Positions 38,515-48,147 of a stretch of 64,000 nucleotides of DNA are shown here, piece by piece (position 1 is the stretch's first letter; each line of letters opens with the position of its first letter). The position numbers and the translations under genes are program-made. The notes under the pieces were generated by a model, which searched no databases, was not told the DNA's origin, and saw nothing but the letters and a program-made list of their open reading frames with translations. Origin of the DNA: an uncultured Solirubrobacterales bacterium (GTDB lineage Bacteria; Actinomycetota; Thermoleophilia; Solirubrobacterales; Solirubrobacteraceae); contig CAWEXV010000001.1 in assembly GCA_963813175.1 (NCBI GenBank), positions 702,911 through 766,910 of the forward strand. The letters are read 5' to 3'.

Positions 38515-40932
38515 CTACAGTTCGCCGTTGGACCATTTTCCTTCTGCGTAATTCAGCCAGTACCAAAAACCCTTAGTGCTGCTATTGACATAGTACATGA
38601 GAGTCTGCCCGTTCGGCTTGTACTCCATTGCGAGGTTCGTCCCCGAGGCGACTTTCCCGCCTAATTCGCCGTTGTACCAGCTGGCTCCGACGTTGAGCCA
38701 GTATCCGACCGCATTACTGCTGTTCACATACCAGACGAGCGTTTCACCGTCCGGCTTGTATTGCGTGGTAGGGCTTGTGCCTGCGGCGACTTTGCCTCCC
38801 AATTCGCCAGAATACCAACTTTCGCCCGAATTGAGCCAGTATGCAATCGCGCCACTGCTGTTCACATACCAGACGAGCGTTTCACCGTTCGGCTTGTACT
38901 CTACGGCAGGGCTCGTACCTTCTGCGACTTTCCCGCCAAATTCGCCGTTTGACCATTTTCCTTCGGCGTAGTTGAGCCAGTACGAGACACCTTTAGTACT
39001 GCTGTTGACGTAGTACACGAGAGTCTGCCCGTTCGGCTTGTACTCAACGGCAGGGCTTGTGCCTGCGGCGACTTTGCCTCCCAATTCGCCAGAATACCAA
39101 CTTTCGCCCGAATTGAGCCAGTATGCAATCGCGCCACTGCTGTTCACATACCAGACGAGCGTTTCACCGTTCGGCTTGTACTCTACGGCAGGGCTCGTAC
39201 CTTCTGCGACTTTCCCGCCAAATTCGCCGTTTGACCATTTTCCTTCGGCGTAGTTGAGCCAGTACGAGACACCTTTAGTACTGCTGTTGACGTAGTACAC
39301 GAGAGTCTGCCCGTTCGGCTTGTACTCAACGGCAGGGCTCGTGCCTGCGGCAATTTTGCCCCCCAGTTCGCCGTTGTACCATTTTTCGCCCGAATTGAGC
39401 CAGTATGCGAGAGCGTTACTACTGTTTACATACCAGACGAGGGATTCGCCGTTCGGCTTGTACTCAACGGTCTGACTCGTCTCTGCGGTACCGAAAGTTT
39501 GATCGAGACCATAACTTGTCACCCCTCCGCTGGTCGCAACAAGCCGATAATGATACATGGTGCCGGGCACCAGATTATTTACAGTGGCCTTCTCTGGTTC
39601 AGGACCCACGCCCGCGCCCGCGTCGCCTTCAGGTGTCGATGCGCCGTAGGCAGTCGTTTCTCCGTATTGGAAATGATATTTGGCGTCGTAGCCTCGCGGA
39701 TTCACTGTGCCATTCAGCACAGCTTCCGTCTGCTGTACGCTCGTAGCCGTCCCGGTGACGGCTTCAACTGGCCCAGGTGTGGTGAGCGTTTCGTCGCTGC
39801 CGTAAGCGGTCCCGCTTGCATTGGTTGCGACAAGGCGGAAATGATAGGTGGTGCCAGGTGCGAGGCTCACAGTTGCGCTCTCGCTAGATTCTGGCCCCGA
39901 GCACGGTGCGCTGGACCCGTAAGACGTAGCGGTCCCGTAGTCGAAGTGGCAGTTACTCAACGACGTCCCGTTGGAGTTAACGGTTCCGTTTAGCGTTGCT
40001 TGCAGCGGCTGCTTCCCCGTCGCTGCGCCCGTCGTCACAATCGGAAGGTGTTGCCAAACCCTCACATAGTCGATAATCAGCGTGTCTGGAGCAACAAGTG
40101 TTCCACCAAAGGTTCCCGGGGGAACCATGTCCATGATCAGGTACTGCGGCGAAGAATTGATGTAGCCTGAGGAGACTTCTGAACCCACTCTTGCTCCGTC
40201 ATAGTAGAACTTGAGTACGCCTGGCTCCCAATCCACGCCGTATGTGTGCCAGCCGTAGTAGTTGCCAGATTGGCAGCCTTGGATTTCTTCTACTGGCGAA
40301 ACGTGGTGATGCCAGGTGTGGCAGACATTACCGTGCAAGCCCTCCATCGTGTCGATCTCGTTTTCCTCGTTCCGCGGGAAGCTCCATAGCGCTGGCCAGT
40401 CTGGCAAACAATTTGAGGAGCAATGTTGTTCGGTGCCTGAGACGTATGCGCTCCATTCGACGTAGCCATAGGAATACTGAAAGCCGACATGGCCTGCGAC
40501 GCCATCAGCCGGATTTGACTCGACCAACCCGCCGGTATATTCAACGTGGGTACCTTCGCAGGTGTTCGATTGTTTCTTAGTCCACAGATAGAGATAGCCG
40601 TTGCCCGGCTGTTCCACGTTCCCAGAGGAGAGGCACTGTCCGGACACTGGTCCAGAGATCCCGCCGTGTTGCCAGCCGGGAGTCCAGAGCGATGTGTTGA
40701 GCCCGGCAGAGCTGAATTCTTCATTCAAGGTCTGCGTCCAGTTTCCTGACGGAGGCCCAGCCACGGACGCAGCAACGTCTACAGCCATGAGGAAGACGAC
40801 CGCCGTGACGGCCGACGCAGTCAGCACGGCCAAGACTTGACGAGTTCGCGAAATCGTAGCTTTCCGTCTCCCACGCTCGCTGTCTAGCTCGTATCCGTCC
40901 ACCTTCGATGTTGCGTCAAGCCCCCGTGACAT
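38515..40932 (-). CDS. Secreted GH16 glycoside hydrolase + Fn3-like domains + 7-repeat beta-propeller (lectin-like)
   Basis: WPALW and EIDTME catalytic motif, HTYGVDW, IDYVRVW; two YHFRLVA/YHYRLVA modules; seven 46-48-aa repeats. Confidence 0.85.
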   Translation of the reverse strand: MSRGLDATSKVDGYELDSERGRRKATISRTRQVLAVLTASAVTAVVFLMAVDVAASVAGPPSGNWTQTLNEEFSSAGLNTSLWTPGWQHGGISGPVSGQCLSSGNVEQPGNGYLYLWTKKQSNTCEGTHVEYTGGLVESNPADGVAGHVGFQYSYGYVEWSAYVSGTEQHCSSNCLPDWPALWSFPRNEENEIDTMEGLHGNVCHTWHHHVSPVEEIQGCQSGNYYGWHTYGVDWEPGVLKFYYDGARVGSEVSSGYINSSPQYLIMDMVPPGTFGGTLVAPDTLIIDYVRVWQHLPIVTTGAATGKQPLQATLNGTVNSNGTSLSNCHFDYGTATSYGSSAPCSGPESSESATVSLAPGTTYHFRLVATNASGTAYGSDETLTTPGPVEAVTGTATSVQQTEAVLNGTVNPRGYDAKYHFQYGETTAYGASTPEGDAGAGVGPEPEKATVNNLVPGTMYHYRLVATSGGVTSYGLDQTFGTAETSQTVEYKPNGESLVWYVNSSNALAYWLNSGEKWYNGELGGKIAAGTSPAVEYKPNGQTLVYYVNSSTKGVSYWLNYAEGKWSNGEFGGKVAEGTSPAVEYKPNGETLVWYVNSSGAIAYWLNSGESWYSGELGGKVAAGTSPAVEYKPNGQTLVYYVNSSTKGVSYWLNYAEGKWSNGEFGGKVAEGTSPAVEYKPNGETLVWYVNSSGAIAYWLNSGESWYSGELGGKVAAGTSPTTQYKPDGETLVWYVNSSNAVGYWLNVGASWYNGELGGKVASGTNLAMEYKPNGQTLMYYVNSSTKGFWYWLNYAEGKWSNGEL
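38518..39470 (-). repeat. Seven propeller repeats including a near-exact 282-bp duplication
   Basis: A/B repeats EYKPNG(E/Q)(T/S)L(V/M)(W/Y)YVNSS...; the 94-aa B-A pair recurs at a 282-bp offset (38819 vs 39101). Confidence 0.9.
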
Positions 40933-41146
40933 CCCTGCCTCCTCGCTCTCATATCCCTGATCCATGTTTGTCTATCTGGAGGCCGGGCAAGCAGCGGCGT
41001 GCCCAACGGGTGCCCATATAGACCTCTATGTCACCGTAGTTAGCCCCATTGGGCTTTGTCCATCCCCCGAAACGGGGGATCTTTGGGTGAGTTCGGGGGA
41101 TAGAACTTGTCGTGACGGCTGGGCCGTCCGATAACATTTCTGGGCG

Positions 41147-41851
41147 ATGCGGCCTGAACTCCTTGCCCTGCTGCGACATCCGTCCTGCTACAGCCCAAAG
41201 CGGAGCCATCCTGCACGGACCTGGCTGGGAAGACTGCAACGAGACTTGGACTGGATGTGGGGGCTGCGAGGGCTTCCACCGCGCGTGCTGTGGTTTCACT
41301 GGCGCGCTCGGCGTCTAGCGTGGCGCACAAATGACCTGTTCAGCGTGACCTCGGCCACGCGGCCGGCAGACATGCGGACCTTGCTTGAGTTGACAAGTGG
41401 CTGTAGCAGGGTCGTTGAACTCGGCACGGCGACCGCGTGGACAGCAATCACGCTCGCGCTTGATGACCGTGGGCGCCGGATCGTCACCTACGACGTACTC
41501 GAACGCGACGAGGCGAAACGCTATCTGGAGCTTGTCGGTCCGGACGTTAAGGAACGAATCGAGCTGGTGGTTGCACCGGGCTCCGCAGGTCCTCATACTC
41601 AGCAGCCGGTCGATCTACTGTATATCGACTCGTCACACACGCGCGAGGAGACGATCGCAGAGGTGCGTGCGTGGCGACCTTATCTGCGCTCAGGAGCGCC
41701 GATAATCTTCGATGACTACGCCCATCCCGACTATCCGGGAGTGCGCGAGGCCATCGACGAGCTTGGACTCGAAGGCGAGCAACGCGGCGAGTTTTTCATT
41801 CACCGACACAGCGACATGATCGGAAAGCAGAACGGCCTAGCGACTACATAA
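41147..41851 (+). CDS. Class I SAM methyltransferase (Methyltransf_24-like)
   Basis: VVELGT, LLYIDSSH, IIFDDY. Confidence 0.8.
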   Translation: MRPELLALLRHPSCYSPKRSHPARTWLGRLQRDLDWMWGLRGLPPRVLWFHWRARRLAWRTNDLFSVTSATRPADMRTLLELTSGCSRVVELGTATAWTAITLALDDRGRRIVTYDVLERDEAKRYLELVGPDVKERIELVVAPGSAGPHTQQPVDLLYIDSSHTREETIAEVRAWRPYLRSGAPIIFDDYAHPDYPGVREAIDELGLEGEQRGEFFIHRHSDMIGKQNGLATT

Positions 41852-41866
41852 CGCATCGAATGGTCG

Positions 41867-42541
41867 TCAGGTCGCGTCCAAGGTCGAGGTCGGTAGGCCG
41901 ATCAGCTCCCGCTTGCTTCGAACGCCGAGCTTGCCGCGAATATGGGCCGAGTGCGTGCGAATGGTCTCCACCCCGAGTTGCAGGGCGTGGGCGATTTCGG
42001 CGTGGGACTGGCCCCTGCTAAGAAACTCCAGCACTTCCATCTCGCGCGGTGTCAGAGAGGCCGCCGCGGTCAGAGGACAGCTCCGCTCCACCCGATGACC
42101 TGCGACATCCACGAACACGCATCGACCGTCCGCGGCGCTGTAGACGGCAGCGAGAATGTCGGCAGCGGAAACGGTCTTGGCCAGACAACTGGCCCCCCTC
42201 GCCATCAGACGCATGGCGTAGGCGACTGTTGGACGGTGTGCCAGCACGACGATTCCAATCGCCGGCCGCGCGGCGCTCAGACGCTGGAAAGAGGACTCGA
42301 CTACGTCCGCCTCGTCCAGAAGGACGACCCGCGGCGCATCCTGCGCCGCGGTGTTTTCGAGCGCGGTGGAATCCAAATCAGTGCCGATGATCTGAAGGTT
42401 TCGATCTTCGTTCAGGATCTGCTGCAGCCCACGACTCAACAGCGCATCGAAGTGGCCGAACACGACGGCGATATGCCCGGCACCATCTGAGGACGCGCCG
42501 ACGGCGTGAAGCGAAGTGCGGACCGCTGCAAGGCGTCCCAT
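41867..42541 (-). CDS. NarL/LuxR-family response regulator
   Basis: REC-like domain (VVLLD) and LTPREMEVLEFL...TIRTH...KLGV. Confidence 0.9.
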   Translation of the reverse strand: MGRLAAVRTSLHAVGASSDGAGHIAVVFGHFDALLSRGLQQILNEDRNLQIIGTDLDSTALENTAAQDAPRVVLLDEADVVESSFQRLSAARPAIGIVVLAHRPTVAYAMRLMARGASCLAKTVSAADILAAVYSAADGRCVFVDVAGHRVERSCPLTAAASLTPREMEVLEFLSRGQSHAEIAHALQLGVETIRTHSAHIRGKLGVRSKRELIGLPTSTLDAT

Positions 42542-42647
42542 CGACTGCTCGCCCGAGACTTGACTGCGTCTCGCGCCCGTCCCACCGGCCTCGATCATGC
42601 CGCTGGATGTCGCTCGAACCGCGCGTCGGGTGACCCTTCAGCTCTCA

Positions 42648-42680
42648 CTGTCCCAATTGTATCTAGCACAATTGGGACAG
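42648..42680. promoter_or_regulatory. Perfect 13-bp inverted repeat, candidate operator
   Basis: ctgtcccaattgt-atctagc-acaattgggacag, 21 nt before the XRE ATG, between divergent luxR-like and xre genes. Confidence 0.7.
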
Positions 42681-42701
42681 GTAGCGAAGCATGGTCGAGC
42701 T

Positions 42702-42938
42702 ATGCCCGACCCGCTCGATATCTTCGCTGCCAACCTGCGGCGCATCAGGCGCGAGCGCGGCATGAGCCAGGAGCAGCTGGCACACAGTGCCGGCCTCAAC
42801 ATGACGCATGTAGCGAAGATCGAGCGCAGTGAGCGCGAGCCGGGCGTGCGGACAGTCTCCAAGCTGGCGAGGGCGCTTGGTGTCTCCGCTGCGAAGTTGT
42901 TCGACGGCATCGACGGACGCGAGCAGCCGGAGACTTGA
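42702..42938 (+). CDS. XRE-family HTH regulator
   Basis: FAANLRRIRRERGMSQEQLA...VAKIERSEREP...LARALGV. Confidence 0.9.
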   Translation: MPDPLDIFAANLRRIRRERGMSQEQLAHSAGLNMTHVAKIERSEREPGVRTVSKLARALGVSAAKLFDGIDGREQPET

Positions 42939-43286
42939 CTGGTCATCGAGACTCCCCCCATCAAGCGTGACCAAGCGAGTTGCAGAGCTGCGTTGGCCCT
43001 CCGGGCGCCCCGCGAGGGTCGGCCAGCGAGGACTTTTCTTAGAGCCCCCTATTTCGGGGGGGGGGGTGAGCAGAGTCGGGCTCCCGCCTGAGCAGGAGGC
43101 GGGTGGCGAGACGATGCTGCTCGTTGTCGGCCAAGCATAATGGGCCGGGTACGCTACTGGATAGCTGAACAGGCCGCTCACGCAGAACATGACCCTCCGT
43201 TGAAGATGGCTCTCGGGACAAGTCCCGGAACTCTAGCGGGAACTTGTTCCCTGGTCACGGTGGCTCTCGCCACGGAGGGTTCAGGC

Positions 43287-43592
43287 GTGCGGATCAGCCA
43301 GAACCCCCAGGTCGCCCTCGGCCGCGCGATCCGCCTACGCCGAGAGGAGATCGGGCTCACCCAAGAGGCCCTGGCCGACGCCGCCGACCTCGACGCCACC
43401 TCCATCCGCGGCCTTGAGCGCGGTATCGCCAACCCGACCTGGGATGTCACCGACCGCATCGCACGAGCACTCGGGCTTGCCCTACACGAACTCGCCCACC
43501 GAGCCGACGAGCTGGAGACCAACGACCACCGGCCCACCAACCGACCGCTGCGGCGGAAGTATCCACAGCAGAAAGCCGGCTCATCGGGCTAA
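43287..43592 (+). CDS. XRE-family HTH regulator
   Basis: LGRAIRLRREEIGLTQEALA...GLERGIANPTW...IARALG. Confidence 0.88.
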   Translation: MRISQNPQVALGRAIRLRREEIGLTQEALADAADLDATSIRGLERGIANPTWDVTDRIARALGLALHELAHRADELETNDHRPTNRPLRRKYPQQKAGSSG

Positions 43593-43744
43593 TCTTGAAC
43601 CCCAGGCGCGTGAAGCGCCCAGATTGGAGGTTCATTAGCTTGAGCAGGCGCCGGTCGGGACAGGCTCTCTCAGGGGACAAGCACGATGGTGTAGACCCCT
43701 GGCAAATCCGCTGGAACTTTTGGGGTCCAGCTCGCATTAAGGGC

Positions 43745-45139
43745 ATGGCCTCTCACGCTCAACCCTTGCCTGACACCCTGCATCCGGGCCTGCCCCTGGT
43801 CCGGGGGCGCAGCGGCGCGCTGCGGTTGGTGCGTGCGCCAGGGCGGCGGGGCGATTGGTCTCCAGAGGAGGTGGCGCACGTTCTGAACAGCCGCCGCACC
43901 GAACTCTTCGGCGTTCTTAGCCGACGCCGGGATGGCGCAAGCGTATCGGCCGGGTTGCGCCAGGAGATCGTCGACGAGGCGATCAGCTTGGTGGTTATGT
44001 CGCGCAAGCCGATCCACAACGAGCGGCACTTGGAGGGTGCGTTCTGGGCAACCGTGCGGCTCCTACTGGCCGAGCATCGCAGCGGACGCCATACGGTGCA
44101 TGTCGGCTCACGACAGCGGGTGGACCTCAAGCTCGTGGAAGAAAAGCTACCGGACGGAAGCGAGCTGTCTGAGATTGTCGAGGCGCGGGAGCGAATCGCC
44201 AGGGCAGCGGACTTCATGGCCCAACTTGACCAGTTCGAGCAGCAGGTCGTGACGCTCATGGCCACGCGCGGGATCGGCGTCAAGCTCGCCGCCCGCACTC
44301 TAGGAGTCCCGACCAAGACTGTCGTGGCAGCAGCTCGCAGCGCGGACCAGAAGCTCGAACAGGTTGCGGTTATCGCGGCGGCTGGCCGTATGTGCGAGTA
44401 CCGGCATCCGGCGATCGTTGCCCATGCCCAGGGCACCCCTGGAACACAGGACGAGTACGCGGCCAGAGCGCATCTGGCGGCGTGCGCCGGATGCCGGAGC
44501 GCGTACGTGCAGATGGCCCGCGAGATGCGTGAGCGGGACTACCAGCGTCGCGCAAGCGCCGCGTTCTTGCCGCTCCCAATGCTGGGCCACCTCAGCCTGC
44601 TCGACCGTCTCACAGCATTCGTCACCAACAATCGCCTGCCGAGCAGCGGCGGCTCCGGGGAGCGCACCGCTGGGGTGCTGGGCGGTGGGGGCATCGCCGC
44701 AAAGGCAGCCGTCGCAGGCACCGCGATCATCGCGGCCGGAGCTGGGGTGGTTAGCCTAACCGCGCCAGCTTCGCATCCGCCCAGTCGCTCTCGCCGGACC
44801 CAGCCACCGCATGTAGCTCGGGCCTTCACGGTCCCCCAACCTCGAACTTTGACCGCGGAGTCCACGCCCACGTTCACGCGGTCAACAGTAACGCGGTCGT
44901 CAGCTCCGGCCTCTGCGAGTAGAGCCGCCCATCTGTCGAAACCCGGATTCTCCTATCTCGGTCGCTCGACGGGAGTAGGAACACATTCATCGGTGTCAAG
45001 CGGAAGTGCCACCAGCCTGCGCTATCTCGGCGGCAGTACACCGACAACATCGCATGACAAAGCGAGCCCCGCTCCAGCGGCCGTCAGTGCTGCACATTCC
45101 GGCACTGCTCGGACCGCCGGTGGCCAGTTCAGTCCATAG
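43745..45139 (+). CDS. ECF-sigma-like protein fused to a zinc-binding anti-sigma (ZAS) motif, TM helix and S/T/P-rich tail
   Basis: Region-4-like QLDQFEQQVVTL...LAARTLGVPTKTV; HLAACAGC (HxxxCxxC); hydrophobic AAVAGTAIIAAGAGVV. Confidence 0.6.
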   Translation: MASHAQPLPDTLHPGLPLVRGRSGALRLVRAPGRRGDWSPEEVAHVLNSRRTELFGVLSRRRDGASVSAGLRQEIVDEAISLVVMSRKPIHNERHLEGAFWATVRLLLAEHRSGRHTVHVGSRQRVDLKLVEEKLPDGSELSEIVEARERIARAADFMAQLDQFEQQVVTLMATRGIGVKLAARTLGVPTKTVVAAARSADQKLEQVAVIAAAGRMCEYRHPAIVAHAQGTPGTQDEYAARAHLAACAGCRSAYVQMAREMRERDYQRRASAAFLPLPMLGHLSLLDRLTAFVTNNRLPSSGGSGERTAGVLGGGGIAAKAAVAGTAIIAAGAGVVSLTAPASHPPSRSRRTQPPHVARAFTVPQPRTLTAESTPTFTRSTVTRSSAPASASRAAHLSKPGFSYLGRSTGVGTHSSVSSGSATSLRYLGGSTPTTSHDKASPAPAAVSAAHSGTARTAGGQFSP

Positions 45140-45152
45140 ACCGGAGTGCAAT

Positions 45153-46721
45153 ATGACTATCAGTAAGCTAATTCCGCTTCTTTGTGCAACGATCGCCATC
45201 AGCCTGATAGGTGCGGACGAAGGTTTGGCAGGTCAATACACCATCCACAACTGCGCCGCCTCACTGGAACCAAACTTCGACGCTGGCCCGTGGTCAGCTT
45301 ATGACAGCGCACCACCGCCGCTCATTGACACATTCCAAAGCTCCTGCACACCAGGCAGCACGCTAGGTACGGCAGTCGGCTGGTATGGAAACGAACAGGC
45401 GATTAATTCCGCGCTCGGCATCACGCTCCGGTCTCCGACACCTGCAATCACAGTACGCGAACTACGTCTCGTCTGGTCTGTAGCACATCGGACGAGCGGA
45501 TCGGACACGAGCGCTCAGGTGTATGCGAACACAGGCACTCAAATGGTCGCGCCCACCCCCTACGCTACAGGAACCAGCAACCCAGCTCAGATAACGTTTC
45601 CGCCCGGAACGCAAGACGTGGTGGTCTATAGCTACTGCTCCTACGACACTTCATCTGGTTGCGCGTTTCCCTCATCGCTGGCTCCAATCATTAGGGTCGA
45701 AGGCATGGATACGACGCTCGAAGACACGAGCGTTCCGACAGCGGTGATAACGGGCGGGACATTGGCCGGAAATGGTCCGATTTCTAGCTCCGCATCCTTG
45801 CAGTTCACCGCGACCGACAGCAGCAGCGGTGTCCGCGAAGCTCAACTGTTGCTCGATGGAAGTGTGATCGCAACGCATTCCTACGCCAACCAATGTGTCT
45901 ACACGAACTTCACGCCATGTCCCCCATCGCAAGCTGACACCATGACGATTGATACACAAGCGCTGGCCAACGGCCAGCATCAACTAGCACTGCGTGTCGT
46001 CAGTACCGCTGGCAACGTACAGACCGTTGACAACCATGCGCTACTGGTATCCAACGAAGAGCCATCGGTACCATCGATGCCCATTCCTCCGTGTGCAGCG
46101 TCCGGCGGAATGCACACGACGATCACTGTCGATGCCCGAAACCACGTTGTAGTCAGTAACTACGGCGAACAGGGGATATTGAGTGGTCGTCTGCGTGGTG
46201 TTGCCGGCAAGCCAATCGCCGGCGCCTCAGTGGAAGTGCTCACCGAGCGCGTGGGCGGGAACGGATCATTCTCTCCGCTGAGGGACATTACAACTCGATC
46301 CAACGGTCGCTTCACAGCGAGGCTTCCTGTCGGCGTTTCACAGCTCGTTTGTATGCGCTACCGATTGATGCCGGGGGGCCGTTATGCTGCTGCCGTAATC
46401 GTTTCGCAGCAGGTCCGGGCGGCCCTCGACCTGTCGGTCTATCCGCCTGCAATCGAACCGAATGGCACGATTTTCCTGCACGGCCATGTACTCGGCGGCT
46501 TTATTCCTGCGATCGGTAAGGTGGTCGAATTGCAGGTTTATTATCTTGGTAGCTGGCGCGTCTTCCGTACACCACAGACCGATTCCCGCGGCCATTTTGA
46601 ATCGTTCTATGGCTTCCTCGGCGGCCAAGGGCGCTTTGCGTTCCGAGCATGTGTTCGCGCCGAAAGCGAGTATCCGTACATCTTTGGCTGCTCCCGCCCC
46701 GTCTCGGTACGGGCTGGCTAA
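45153..46721 (+). CDS. Secreted Cys-containing protein with Ig-like modules
   Basis: Signal peptide; beta-rich modules; YxFRA-like C-terminus; follows the sigma-like gene by 13 nt. Confidence 0.7.
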   Translation: MTISKLIPLLCATIAISLIGADEGLAGQYTIHNCAASLEPNFDAGPWSAYDSAPPPLIDTFQSSCTPGSTLGTAVGWYGNEQAINSALGITLRSPTPAITVRELRLVWSVAHRTSGSDTSAQVYANTGTQMVAPTPYATGTSNPAQITFPPGTQDVVVYSYCSYDTSSGCAFPSSLAPIIRVEGMDTTLEDTSVPTAVITGGTLAGNGPISSSASLQFTATDSSSGVREAQLLLDGSVIATHSYANQCVYTNFTPCPPSQADTMTIDTQALANGQHQLALRVVSTAGNVQTVDNHALLVSNEEPSVPSMPIPPCAASGGMHTTITVDARNHVVVSNYGEQGILSGRLRGVAGKPIAGASVEVLTERVGGNGSFSPLRDITTRSNGRFTARLPVGVSQLVCMRYRLMPGGRYAAAVIVSQQVRAALDLSVYPPAIEPNGTIFLHGHVLGGFIPAIGKVVELQVYYLGSWRVFRTPQTDSRGHFESFYGFLGGQGRFAFRACVRAESEYPYIFGCSRPVSVRAG

Positions 46722-46876
46722 CGCGTGGCACCAATGCGCTTGACCACCCCGGCTGCGACCACTGTGGCGACCACGCCTGCCTGCGAGACGCCGCGAGTTG
46801 ACTGGGCTCAGACTCTCTACAATACGTCGAAGACAGATTTGTTGTCTCTCCAGGGGTCTTGCTCGCATTAAGGAGT

Positions 46877-47398
46877 ATGGATCACACCGAGCAAGGGCCG
46901 GCATTTCACGAGGATGGTCTTGCCGCAGAAGTGCAGAACTCCGGCGCGCAGGCCGAGCAGCCGACCGCAGATTACCAGCTCGGCCCGCGAACAGTGCGGC
47001 TCGACAAGAAGCCGTCCCGGCCACGGTGGCGACGTCTCGTGCCGGGAGCGGCCCTCGGAATAGCGGTAATACTTCTTGCTCTACAGTCGCTTTCTGGGCG
47101 AGCCAGGATCTCCCGTCCAGCGCACTCCCATCGACCTTCACCGGCTCGGTCGTATCGCCACTATCGACGGCAACCCGTAACCCGCGACCACATTCCTCGA
47201 CACAGGGATCGAACACCTCAGCAAGCACGCCGCTCCAAGTCGAGCACCCATGTTAGTCACCTCTCAACCTCATATGTCGTCACTCATATTGAGGTTGCGC
47301 CCAACCCTGTACCGCAGGAAATTCACTTGCAGCCGCATCCGACTCATCCCACATCCACGCCTAGCAAAAGCAGTGACTTTGGCTACCTCGGGCGATAG
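46877..47398 (+). CDS. Hypothetical single-TM protein
   Basis: aaggag RBS; one hydrophobic helix; FGYLG C-terminus similar to FSYLG in the sigma fusion tail. Confidence 0.45.
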   Translation: MDHTEQGPAFHEDGLAAEVQNSGAQAEQPTADYQLGPRTVRLDKKPSRPRWRRLVPGAALGIAVILLALQSLSGRARISRPAHSHRPSPARSYRHYRRQPVTRDHIPRHRDRTPQQARRSKSSTHVSHLSTSYVVTHIEVAPNPVPQEIHLQPHPTHPTSTPSKSSDFGYLGR

Positions 47399-47426
47399 CC
47401 TAAGCGAGGCACCGACGAGTGTCACC

Positions 47427-47753
47427 TTGTCGCCGCCGTTTCTGGACCTACTGACCCGTCGGCTAGAGGCCATCGCGGAGCCCAACCGCATACGCATCCT
47501 GGCGCACCTTGAGCAGCAAGAAGCTACGGTTCAGCAACTTACCGACGAGCTAGCGACGACTCACCAAAATGTCTCCAAGCATCTTGGTGTCTTGCGTGAC
47601 GCAGGAATCGTGATGCGCCGCCGGGACGGCAACAAGGTGTGGTATTCGCTCGCGGACTACTCGGCGTGCAAATTGATCGAGCACGCCAAGGCCAGCCTCA
47701 CCGGCTACGTCGAAGAGCTGGTGGTCATAGCCGGGCTCGAAGGCACCGCCTAA
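47427..47753 (+). CDS. ArsR/SmtB-family regulator
   Basis: AEPNRIRIL, NVSKHLGVLRDAGIV, RDGNKVWYSL. Confidence 0.88.
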   Translation: MSPPFLDLLTRRLEAIAEPNRIRILAHLEQQEATVQQLTDELATTHQNVSKHLGVLRDAGIVMRRRDGNKVWYSLADYSACKLIEHAKASLTGYVEELVVIAGLEGTA

Positions 47754-47817
47754 CCCTACCGTTTCCACGACCTCGATAGCTCTCGTGTCGGGAGTCCGGG
47801 GTTACTGCTGTCGGGTT

Positions 47818-47835
47818 CGCAACTATGTGGTTGCG
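47818..47835. promoter_or_regulatory. 6-6-6 inverted repeat upstream of the transfer operon
   Basis: cgcaac-tatgtg-gttgcg. Confidence 0.3.
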
Positions 47836-47893
47836 TACTTGCGTGAGCACGTAGTCGTAGTGATTAGGTGAAGCGCGGCGTACCGTCGCCGCT

Positions 47894-48142
47894 ATGAGTC
47901 TTCTTGGTAGTGCAACCAAGTCACGAGACGGTCGGGCACCCACCGTCCTCGATGGCAGTAGTGCAGTGGGGCGCCTGGTCCGATTTGCGGCACGGATGCT
48001 GCTTTGGGGGTGTGTGCTGCTGCTGATTATTCGCGGCATCGCCTCCGAGTTCGCGACGCCGCAGACAGTCACCACGACTCGCGGTGTGTCGGCGCCGTTG
48101 CAGCAGCCGGTTTCCCCCGCGAGCACCACGGAAGGGAAGTGA
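47894..48142 (+). CDS. TcpC-like conjugal transfer protein, N-terminus only (probably truncated)
   Basis: RMLLWGCVLLLIIRGI TM anchor at the head of the operon; only 82 aa. Confidence 0.4.
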   Translation: MSLLGSATKSRDGRAPTVLDGSSAVGRLVRFAARMLLWGCVLLLIIRGIASEFATPQTVTTTRGVSAPLQQPVSPASTTEGK

Positions 48143-48147
48143 GGGGC

